A stretch of 64,000 bases of DNA, from the NCBI GenBank assembly GCA_976551045.1, contig CDPCPM010000012.1, forward strand, positions 12,400,001 through 12,464,000, written 5' to 3'. Made by a program: the position numbers and the translations under genes. The number at the start of each line of letters is the position of its first letter. The stretch's first letter is position 1. The DNA comes from Glaucostegus cemiculus. Its lineage: Eukaryota. Of the stretch, positions 12,530-23,604 are shown one piece after another. A model generated the notes under the pieces. It saw only the letters and a program-made list of their open reading frames with translations, had not been told where the DNA came from and did no database searches.

Positions 12530-13300
12530 AATATTTTTTTATTAAACAAAATAAACTTTGTATGTAGTTTGTCTTTTATTATGAATAATTATAAAACTGT
12601 GCAAACCTTTACATTCTTACAGATCATTCATTAGTGTTACCTTTTTACATTAAAAAAAAACACCCATGCCACATGTGGAAGCTACCTGGTCCTGTATTTA
12701 CAATATTTAAGGGGCTTCCTCTCCTGTGGCTGAAGGACCCTAAACTGTGGCCCTTCCCCACTGTGCCTTTGCATTGACTGCACTTAGCTTCCGTGCGTCT
12801 CTCAGCATGTATTCCTGCAACTTGGAATGTGCCAGTTGGCAGCATTCCTCTACGGGCATCTCAGTGCTGGAAGATCAAGTTCCAGGCAGGCCAAAGGGTG
12901 TCGTTCACAGAGTTGATGACCTTCCAGCAGCAGCTGATGTCTGTCTCTGTGTGCGTTCCCGGGAACAGCCGTAGATCAGAGAATCCTCTGTTACGCAGCT
13001 GCTGAGGATGAACCATGACAAGGACCCTTGCATCTTTTGCCACACCCTCTTCGCAAGCCTACAGTCTGCAAAGAGGTGGGCTACCATCTTGTCCCCAGCG
13101 CAGTTCTCCTGGGAGCAGTGTACACTGAGAGTGAGGTTCCACCTGTACAAGAGGGATCTGACTGGGTGGGCCCCTCTCGTCACCAGCCAAGTGAGGTCTT
13201 GGTGCTTGTTGGTGAGTTCTGGTGATGAGGTATTCCGCCAGATGGTCTGGACAATCTGCTCAGGGAACCACCCCACCATATCCATTGTGTCCTTCATGTT
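12530..13300 (-). mobile_element. Tx1/L1-clade LINE 3' portion, copy 2 (head-to-tail with copy 1)
   Basis: ORF GWFPEQIVQTIWRNTSSPELTNKHQDLTWL...CSQENCAGDKMVAHLFADCRLAKRVW. Aligns with copy 1 along its length, including the 3'UTR (acagatcatt...tagtgttaccttttt; gtcctgtatttacaatatttaaggggct). Confidence 0.87.
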
Positions 13301-14524
13301 GAACTACCCCAAATAGTGTTGTTCACTGCAGTGTAGTCCCAGCACAGACTTCTAATGGAAGATCTGGTCACCAGCACATAAATGTGAGGATGAATTTCTT
13401 TCTAGCACAGGCATCCATTTGACACAATAGCTTGGAAAACTGGTGAGTGTCTGCATGTATGCACCCTGGCCCTCCAGCTGTCAGTGCTTTCAATGAAGCT
13501 GAAAGCCTGTGAGTGTCAAAGCATCACAAAATACATAAATAACTTTAAAAGTTTTCATGCACAATGGAAAACAAGCCAATACATTTAAACTACCTCATTT
13601 AACTCAAGGGTCTATTTGCCATTTTCTACTAACAACTGTTTCTTCCTAATGATCTGATTTGTGATGTGTTTAATCTGGTGAAAAACTGCAAGGCCAAATT
13701 CTCAGTCTGTGATCGGGAAGTTTGTGCTTCCTCCTTGAACTCTATGGGCAATCTAAACTGCAGTGCAGAAGTGGCTGCAGACAGCATCTCCTGCTGTACT
13801 GGTGCTTAAACCTGTGCCAGTTCCTCTATAAACCTGCACATACCAATGGTAACACGATTGCTATTACGTGATGAGTAAGGGGAAGTCTTGGCAGCTGGGA
13901 ATGCAAATTTAGTCAATTAAATTTTAGTATCTGTGGAATAGCTACTGTGCAACCTCTAGTTCATTTAATGCCTTTTTGTTTGAAGAAATTCAGTTTAATG
14001 GGCTGTACTCCAAGAATACTAGACAACTAGGCAACTGATTTGATGCCCCTGCACACAACAACCTCCCTCCCCCCCCCACCCCCACCCCCCCGCCACCCAA
14101 CCACCACACTCTTGGGAATTCCAACAACTATGAATGAGAATAGAAATCCTTGGTACTGGATTTGGACTTGGATGAAGGCCAACATGGCTCTGTTCCCTCT
14201 GTGGAATTTTCATGAGCGTCTTGTGAGCTGTCCCACAGATGAGTTGACCAAGAGTCTGGTGCTTGGTCATAGACTCATACTTTCCAGTCCACCCCTGTTT
14301 TGTCCTACTAGGTGTTCTAGAGTGATTGACCAAATCTTGAATATTAACCCTAGACTCTGTCAAGCATGAGAAAAGAAAAAGGCTACTACCTCCTGGCATC
14401 CCTTGGCTAATAACTTTGTACTTCCTTTGGGCACAGTTGCACTGCGTATCAAAGGCATACAATGTAGACTGGGTGGAGAACTTCAATGTCTATTGAGGTG
14501 CTGTTGCAAATTTGTTTGATGGTT

Positions 14525-14780
14525 GCATATGGCACAGACTGAGACCATTCAGTCCACTGGATCAATGTTAGCATTCCCATCTGTCTCTTTTTGCTGTAGC
14601 TCTGGTAATTTAACCTACCAGCATGGCTTTGGGATGTGGGAGGAAATTGGAACACTTGGCAGAAACTCAGTCACAGGGAAAACATGTAAATTCCACATAG
14701 ACAATACCCATGCCACTTTCCTTTTAAGACTGTACATCTAGTATCATGGATGTGGTAATAAAGCAGCCACTGTTTGTCTA
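14525..14780 (-). mobile_element. Degenerate HE1/V-SINE-like element
   Basis: ttaacctaccagcatggctttgggatgtgggaggaaattggaacacttggcagaaactcagtcacagggaaaacatgtaaattccacatagaca is paralogous to 46690-46790. Confidence 0.6.
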
Positions 14781-17700
14781 ATTGCACACATCAAAAATCT
14801 ACTGGTCACAGTTTACACTGATGTTGAGGGCTGACAAACCAATCTCACCTGCTCTAATTTTGAATATTTTCTTGTCTGCGAGCACCACACAGAATGCAGT
14901 TTTGCAGTTGATCTTTAATTCCATGCGTGGAGCCTCTTTGCATGCTGAGTCTATTGTACAAAGCAATTGATCAGTTTTGTACATGTCCATGGCAATGCTG
15001 CAAAATGTAAATTTTCTGATCTTGATTGACAGCTGAAACACTGATCATTTAAGCATGCATGAAGGAATTTCATTAGACAAGGGTACCAAACTGTCAGAAC
15101 TGTTTGAGTTACCGAGATCACTGTGATTTTTATTTTGGTGAACAGAGAAGCTGCGGATAAAAGATCACTATCATTGTGAAAAGGATCGAAGGTGGAATTG
15201 TGGGGCAGAACCTTTTTGCTCAAAACTGTCAATGGACAACAGTTGCCAACATCAAGATAAGGAGCACCTGGTTGATATTATGTTGGTGGCAGCTATCCTC
15301 AGTAAGCTACCACTAAGGGGAACTGTGCAAGTCCCGTGGAAGGTTCAACCACTGCATAAAAGTTTGCTGTTCAGGAAATCAGTACATCACAACCTGTCGA
15401 GACATGCGGCAATGCAGAGGTCAACCACACTTATCTCTAGTTTATATTTGTTGCTTACTGCACTCGCTCATGGAAAGAAGTGAACATTTGCAACTCGTGA
15501 TTCAGCAGTCTGGTTGAATCAGCCATTTCTGTCAATGCAAGTTAACAAATTTTCAACAAATATTTACTATTGTCCTAACTTGGTGAGGGAAATAACGGGA
15601 TACTTCATCATAGTACTGCACCTTTTTGACTGCAAATGTTTTTCATTTTAAATAACATTCGAATCCCAGAGTCTTGGACACATAGTGAAATCAAAGTTGC
15701 AAGAAAGCAAGATGTTTCATCTCTGTGCATAACAAGAATTTTTTGGTCCCCAAAAAATGGAAGCATCATAGAAAATGTACCCTTAATAATGCTGTAAGTA
15801 ACCTAAGGTTCGCACAAAGTTTGTGATAAACTAACAATTGCAGCTATCTCCAATCTTGCACAGAGTTGGATGTAGTCACCAACATGACACTTTGTAGACA
15901 TTGTTCTTGAGGTCATCAAGGAAGTTTTATAATTGTTAAAGAAAAGTGTATGGTTCCCAGGAGCAGTTGTTCAGTTGAACACAATGTGATTGCTTAGTAT
16001 GCTAAACTATGTCAAATCAACTAGAACTGATGCAGTTACCCAAGGGGCCTAGGGTTAACATTAGTGTTGATTTTGTAGATCTATATTCTCGTGATCACTT
16101 GGATGTCATTGTTGACAACTGTAGCAAATTCCCTATTGGAAAAATTGTCAAAGCTTGATTACATCTTTGCATCATCTGGTGTGCTGCAGATAAGGAGAGC
16201 TGATAATGGACAGCTGGAAAGCAAAGCAGCAAAGAACTTTAAACATTTTTATGGAGCTACAAAGTGATACCACTTTTCAGTGTCAGGAATACTGCCATAC
16301 GTTTTTCCTTCCACATTGTGTGTGCATATCTTCCAGAGAGAATGTGATCTGAATGATCAGTATCTAAGAGTGTGCCTATGAATCCTAATTCAAATAAACA
16401 TAAATTTGGATTACCACCATTGCAGCTAGTGGGTACAGATCTTATGAAACATTATAACTCATGGGCAAGTAAGTGACTCTTAACACACAGACACCTGGTG
16501 TTGCCGCTAGAGTTTCCATGACCATAGCACTGCATGTGATGGTTTGTGAACATGACATGATTTCTTCTTCAAAGCATTCAAAACACCTTTCACTGTCAGG
16601 GATTCTGAAGCTACCCAGTGTCTTAAATATGGTAATAACAAAAAGATATACAATCTTGAAGTGGTGAGTTTATCTAATTTACTCCCAGGTAGCATAGGTT
16701 TACCCACTGGTGCTAAACACCCTCACAAAAGTTCCCATTAAACTGCAGGAGGAACTTCAAAAGAAAAATAATGACTTGAGTTGCACACAAAATTTTGGGA
16801 AAGTAGTTCTTTATCGCAATGATCTGCTGACTTACTCCATTATTAAGTGTTTTCTTACAGGTGAGGTAAATTCAAGAGTTGCTTAGCAGACACCACTGCT
16901 AGTAGTCTTGGCTGGTCCTGACACAGAAGAAACAAAAGCTTGAAGAGCTGAGTGTAAATGAAGAATAGATTTCACCTAATTCACCTTCTGACATCCTAAT
17001 TGCTGCTCATTTATGGGTAGATTTCAAACAGGGGATCTACTCAGACATGCAAATCAGTTGTTAATCTGATCCAAATAGATTGTTGGATCTGATAAAAGAG
17101 GCAGATTCATATGCTCTGATGTAACTGCAACCATTTGGAGTCCAGGTTAGGTATTTGTAACTGTTTTTTTATCGCTGCATTTGAGAATTGGGTGGGGTGG
17201 AACTGTACTGGTTTTAATTCCAGTTTTCAAGCTATACATTAATTTAGACATTTGAAAAAACACATACTAAGAATTTAAGTGGCCATGTGTCTGAGGTGCT
17301 ACCAGTATTGTCCAGTGCTGTAATGCTCAATGGGGATATAATTAAGTGAATAATGGTGATCTACTTGAGGAAGAAGATGTTTTAATGTAAGGTTAGATGA
17401 AAATACAATGTTGTGGAGCTTGGTTCTGGAATCGCTTGTTACAGTTTAGCAGCATTTCAGGTGTGATATCTATGTATTCTTCTCTTGAATTTTTGTTTGT
17501 AGTTCAACCTTTGTCATCTTTCCTAGATCAGTTTTCTTTAAATGTGCAATCCATCACAATCTGTTAAACTGAAATGGTAGGATGCAACCTCCTCTTTGTT
17601 AGTGTGTGAATCAATGTTAAATTTGTGATAATTGGAAATGAAACTGATTTTATCATCTGAATTCAATGCCTTTTTTTTTAAATAAAAGCTGTGTTGATTT

Positions 17701-18149
17701 TCTCTCTTAGGGCATTGAGATGGTTCTGGTTGTGCTTGCTTTGTGTTTAAGGTTTCATCTCCAAAGCTGTCTGAACTAATAAAACCTCCCCTCAGTGCTG
17801 CATTGAAGACTCCACTGAGGTGGTGTGCAAATTCCCTGGTGGAATATTAAACTGAAGTATGGTCTGCTGGCTTGGGTGGTGGTTAGGAGGTCTGAACTAA
17901 CTCTCCCAATGCCTTGGGCCCACGTTCAACCTACTAGGAGTGTTGCATGCGAGAACTTGCAGAATTGAAAATTGGCAGACCATGTTTGCATTATTACAAT
18001 GGGTTGTTATTGCATTTCTCCTGGAAAAAGTGCTTGAAATGCAGCTTCTGCTACTTTGCAAAAAAAATTGTACAGTGGTCTTTACCATTCAGTGGTTTGA
18101 TCTCTATGAATGGAAAGAACTAATGTTTATTTTGCAGTTTTCACAACTT

Positions 18150-18460
18150 CTGACTAACCTAAAGCACTTTACAACAAATTAAGTAATTTTGAAATGCAGT
18201 TAGTAATTTTGGAAACTCTGCAGAAAATTTGCATACATACAGCAATACATTAACAACCAGATAATCTGCTTTTTGGGCCAGTATTTTGGTTAAAGCTCTA
18301 GAGAGCATTCCTGTCCATGCTTATCAAAATAAGTGCCTAGGAAACTTGTCTGTCCTGTGAGATTGGACTTGGTTTAGTACCTCATCAGAAAGGCGCAACC
18401 TCCTAACAGTGTGGCAGTCTGTCCAATATTGTACCAGTGTAGTGTGGATTCCATGACCCT
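18150..18460 (-). mobile_element. Degenerate DeuSINE-like element
   Basis: aaagcactttacaacaaattaagtaattttgaaatgcagt (reverse complement of the SINE tail at 2690-2730) and ctcatcagaaaggcgcaacctcctaacagtgtggca. Confidence 0.45.
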
Positions 18461-18510
18461 GTCTCAATGGTGATTGTACTTCTACCCTCAGTAGACAAAG
18501 TTTCACATCA

Positions 18511-18701
18511 TGAAATAAAAAACAGAACATGCTGGGAAAACTCAGTCTGTCAGTCAGCATCTGTGAAAAGGGAAACAGTTAATGTTTCAGGTTGAAGATT
18601 AAATGTTTGACCTGAAATGTTAACTGCTTCTCTTTCCACAGATGCTGCCTGACCTGCTGAGTTCCAGCATTTTCTGTTTTTATTTCAGACTTACAGCATC
18701 T
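18511..18701. repeat. Palindromic (fold-back) Penelope-derived element
   Basis: Left arm tgaaataaaaaacagaacatgctggga...cagcatctgtgaaaagggaaacagttaatgtttcaggt pairs with right arm acctgaaatgttaactgcttctctttccacagatgctg...ccagcattttctgtttttatttca (~80-bp imperfect inverted repeat). Confidence 0.75.
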
Positions 18702-21146
18702 TCTTTAGTTTTCATTTATTTCTGTCCATATCATGGGGTAGATTTGATGATTGAATTGGTGCTTTGGATAACTTGCATTAAATTTGTAAATGGTGCTTGA
18801 AATGGTAAACTTCCTTAAGGACCAATAACATTGACTTTTGTACTTAAAATGTTTATTTCTGAACACGTTCAACAGTAAATGAGAGAATATTAATTTTTAA
18901 TCTTATTTGATGTTTAATAACTTTAATCTGGAAAGAAAATAGCTTCTGATGGGTACATCGGTTGCTGTAGTCTGCATCCATAACAGAAGCAGATGGTCCA
19001 TGGAGATGCATCCAGCTGAAACACAGCCTGGTGCACCTGGCATGAAGGCTACAGTGTGGGTCCTGCTGAGCTGGTGAACAGATGGAGGACTTGTGACTAA
19101 CGATAAGGTGATGATATGCCTACCTGCCTAGTGTACTGGAAGCCCATCTTGGTACTGCTCTCCATCACTGCATTGCGGAAGGGGCAATATGTGGCAATAA
19201 AAAGGGTAGTCAGTAGAAGGGGCAGAGAATGAATTCCACGAATTTTACAATGTACTTCGTAGAAACTTTACCTTCTAATTGATCAAGTGTTTTTTCTTGG
19301 AATTTTTAGTTCTTGTAATGCCTTGGGATAACACTATGATCTTAATACCATATTTTCTATTAGCGCCTCTCAGTAGGTAGTCCATTAATTTCTTCCTAAT
19401 GAAATTATTCAAAATTAAGGGGGATACTTGTCACAGTTCATTAACTCTTTTAAGTAAGTAGTAGTAAAGAATGCAATTCAGTTATTAATCTTTAACCTGA
19501 CTGCCTTGGTTTATACCCCTGCAAGATTATTCAAATGTTCTTTCAGCCTCCTGAAATAGCTGACAGCCTAAATGAAAGCCATTTACGTCACTGCATGTTC
19601 AAAGACTACAAACGTTTTTATCATTGTTTAAAATTTAACCTTGCTACTGCTGCTATCACTGTTGGAGATGAACAGCTCTACAAACACAAGGAGCAAAGGC
19701 GTTAGATTGTTGCTGAGTACGGTTGGGCCACTGACGCAGTTGTGTTGGTAACAAGCCATGTACATGCCTGCTGAGGCACCTGAACAAAATCAACACCCAC
19801 TGTATTGTGTTGTCATAGACATTCCAAATAAGAAAGCCATTTATATTTTTTTAAAACAGATTTTAGGTGAGGTGCGCTGTATTGCCCGGAATGAGAGGAA
19901 CAAATTATATTTTGTAATTCCATCTTGTTTCCACCTACTTTTTTCTGTTGCCATAATGGAAGGATAGAACTTCTTACAGAGGGTGGATGCAGTGTGGTTT
20001 CATAGAGTTACAGATAGCACAATGTGCTGAGTGCACTGCACAACTGCACCATCGATGCATTTTGGTGTTTATCATAGAATGTCCTTGACTCTGTCTTTGG
20101 GTGGATGTTTCAGCACAAGTGAGAAAGTGAGAAGAAACCTTTATCCATATTGGGTGTTAAGTTTAATGTGACCCTTCCATTTCCTACCTCTCTTGACCTT
20201 TTTGAACAAGAGGTACAGAGATATTGTTTATTCTGTGACCCATTCCCTCTGGTCTCCAGGTAGAGTGGTTCCAGCCAAGGAAATCAGCAGCAAGATGTAC
20301 TACCTTTGTGCATAATACTGATAGTTCAACTGCTCAGGACTTTATCTGACCACTTGAAGGTAAAGTACCAACCTTTTGCTAATAGTACTATCTCATTGAC
20401 TGAATCTGAAAGCTTGAAATTCTTTTCCAGGAAGGGAAAAAAGTTATCTAAAATAAGATTCTTGATTGAAGTCCTTGATTAACATCCAGTGTTTGAACAA
20501 GTCCGTAGTGTTCCTTGGTTTTTGTGCATGTTTAATATTGTTAACGGCTGCATTTAATTTTATTGTCCCATCTATTATGAAAGTAAGAGTTTACACTGGC
20601 AGCAAAGTCTAAAGGTAACAGGTGTACGTGGTACATAACGCAGATGTCCAGAACGGCCCTTCTTTTGATCTTTCAGTGCCACTAATCTAATTACAACAGC
20701 AGTAGCAGCTGTTGCAAGGTTTTAAATAACAATTAAAACTATTTTGTAGCCTTTGAAGAGATGGAATTTTTTTGAATTAACTGACTGAGGTTGGTTTTTT
20801 TTGCCACTGAAGTTTCCTGATGTGGTTAGAATTTCTGCAAGTTCCAAATGCATTTCACAGCTGGTATTATGGGTACTGGTACTCCAGTAGTGAGTTACGG
20901 TTTTGGAATAATTTGTGACATCTGGCAAATGGTGTGTGACATGCTTGCATACTGGAAATGTGCAGAACGGGCAGCTAGTAGCATTCATCCTTGAGCAAAT
21001 GTTGTTTTTGCACTGATTTTGTGCTTGCCCTGACAACTTTCTCCCCTGTCCCTGGTGCTAAGCGCACCCACACAAAATTGTGAGTTTAATGGCAGCCAGG
21101 CCACTCAGGTGCCATTTAAGTGGATCATCAATGGCATTGAAAGTAT

Positions 21147-21332
21147 CAGCAAACAATCTGCTGGAGGAACTTAGTGAGTCGAGCAGCATCAGTGGGGAGG
21201 AAGGAATTGTTGCTGTTTCAGGTTGAAACCCAGCACCTTTTCTGCCCCCCACAGATGCTGCTCGACTAGCTGAGTTCCTCCAGCAGGTTGTTTGCTGTGC
21301 CAGATTCCAGCATCTGCAATCTCTTGTGTCTC
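21147..21332. repeat. Palindromic Penelope-derived element
   Basis: agcaaacaatctgctggaggaacttagtgagtcgagcagcatc ... gatgctgctcgactagctgagttcctccagcaggttgtttgct inverted arms, followed by tail agattccagcatctgca. Confidence 0.75.
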
Positions 21333-21399
21333 CAATGAAAGAATCCAGTTCACTGAAGAGAAGTGTTAACCTTCCAGCAGTGAGGAGATGGTAAAAACG

Positions 21400-22830
21400 T
21401 TTGCTGGAACATGCAGGTGTAGCCAATGAGTGACAAGCATGGAGTCTTCAGTGGCTGTATTATTGGGAATGAGTGACATTGTGGAGAATGAGGAAATGGC
21501 TGTCTTAGCAGTGCAGCCAGCAGGAGGAGGTGTGGTCCCAGTCCCAAAACAGGTTGTCCTTTTAGCAGGCCTCAGCGGTGGTCAGAGGCAGAGTTGCAGG
21601 GCTAAAACCACTTCTTCCCTTGCCTGTGGCCTCAACCATGAACTTAACAACCACAGGCTCCTCTCAAGCAGGCACAGCAACCCAACTGGCTGCGTATATG
21701 AGGCAGTGTCACTGAACTTCTGCTATAGGACAACCAAGTTCTGTGTACTAAAGGTCGTGTCAGGATTGCAGACTTCCCCTTGGTACAAGGATCCTTTGGC
21801 ACATGCATTAGGCCTCCAAGGTAATTTGTGTTAATTGGAAGAGGTTGCCCTCAGAGACTGTCTGATCTGAGGGAGTTGAAATGTGAGGAATATTCACCCT
21901 TAACATTCTGTAACTTTTATATTTCCTTGGTTTCATCTCCTGTGACAGCAGATCCAGTTGTAGAGTGCTTTCTTTCTCCTCCCAAGTGGCAAGTAATTGG
22001 GGCTGGGTTTGACCTATGGAAGCTGACTGAGTGGACCATTTTGTCCTGACAGAAGGGCATAGGTAAGCATTATGCAGTGTTGGAGGATCATATGCCTGCC
22101 ATGGTTGCATAGCTGGCAGTGTGTGAAAGCGGTGATATATGGGTACATGGCTTGGATTGCTGGCATTATTCATTTAGTAGGAGTCCTGATGCAAGGTAAG
22201 TTGTGCTGGGGGGACCTGGGTCCAAGATATTGAGACCTGACTCCTAGGTTTCTCCTCCTTTGTTGCCTCCTCCCACTGGCTGATGTATGCCCTGGTAACA
22301 CCTTGCCTCCTGTGGGTAGACATCTCACTGCCGTTCTCCTCTCACCACTGTGCAAAGTTGGAGAAATACACACTTTCTCAGTGCTGTGGTTGGCCATCCT
22401 TTTTTACCATGTTTTCCAGCGTTGGAATTGTTTGCAGCAGCATTTCCACCCTCAAATCACCTGTGTGCGTGCGACACAGGCCCGTGCTTGAATATCACTG
22501 GCTGGGTCCAACCCACTTTAAGCTGTCCTGAAACTAAGCACTCTGGCTGTAGCTGGTGCCTCCAATCCTCATGTTGAGATCTGAGCAGGAGTTTTCCACG
22601 TGACCTCTGGGCATTGCCTGGTTGTAGGTCTTGCACCCGTCTTTCAACCCTCAGTGTATGTACAAGTGGTGCCTCCGTTTCATTCAAGCTAAACCCACTG
22701 CAGAATGAAGATGTTTTTGAATTGTTGAGGATTTGTGCTTTGAGCTTCCTATCTGATTGGCCACCTGCAGCACACCTACTTCTTTTAAGCAAAAGTATCC
22801 CAAGCTTCCAACAATGCTCTATTACTAGTC
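21400..22830. mobile_element. Probable decayed PIF/Harbinger transposon (transposase on +, Myb/SANT-like gene on -)
   Basis: 21762 onward (+) reads RIADFPLVQGSFGTCIRPP then VNWKRLPSETV, resembling HARBI1-type IAGFPxVxGAIDCTH...P and VNRKGxHSxNV. The minus strand at 22170-22790 gives RVERRVQDLQPGNAQR, KRMANHSTEK and PTGG, resembling the Harbinger Myb-like protein. Many frameshifts. Confidence 0.45.
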
Positions 22831-23532
22831 ACTGACAAGTGAACCAGCACATTCCTTGGATGACCAGTCCTGTAGATAGTCTGTCTTTTCTGTAGGAAGC
22901 AGTGACACCACAATTGTAATTATGTCATGAGTTTAATATGGTAAAGTGTCCCAACATGGTAAAATATCCAGGTGCAGTTCATCAGAACTTTATCTAACAA
23001 TATTTACCACTGAGTATGGGGATGTTAGGGAGAGGACCAAAAACTTGGGCAAGGAAGGAAGAGTGAAGAAACATCTTTGAGTGAAGAGGCAGAGGTTTGG
23101 AAATGTAATTCTGCATGAAGCTGCCAGTAATGAGGGGATGGAAACCAGAGATGTGCAGATTAGTGCCTCCATTACGGTAGGCATGAGGGGTTTGGTGCAC
23201 CTGTGTTACAATGATGTGGCTTGCCACATTGCCACTGCAAATTTCATTTTCAACCTGAGATATCTTCATTTCAGTTGAGTTAACGTGATGACGTGAATAA
23301 TTTCACAGGAAGCTTATTTAAAGCACATCCCCTGAGGAATATGCAATGAATCCAAATGAAGACCTTTTTAAATACTTCAGTAAAGCTGCTGAAGCACTAT
23401 AGGCTGAGTTACTTGACACTGGAATTCTGTGTGAATGTTTCCTATGGCAATAGAATCCTCAGGAAATCATAATTACATCTTTTTCCACTTTTGGTGTCTT
23501 TTGTTGCATGTGATCATAATAGCCAATCTACA

Positions 23533-23604
23533 TTTGGAAACAATTTCGGCACAGCTTTGTGGGCCGAAGGGCCTGAATTGTGCTGTAGGTGTTCTATGTT
23601 CTAA
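23533..23604 (+). mobile_element. Extremely short CR1 3'-terminal insertion
   Basis: tcggcacagctttgtgggccgaagggcctgaattgtgctgtaggtgttctatgttcta matches the CR1 3' hairpin plus (TGTTCTA)n tail of 8953-9000 and 52345-52405. Confidence 0.7.
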
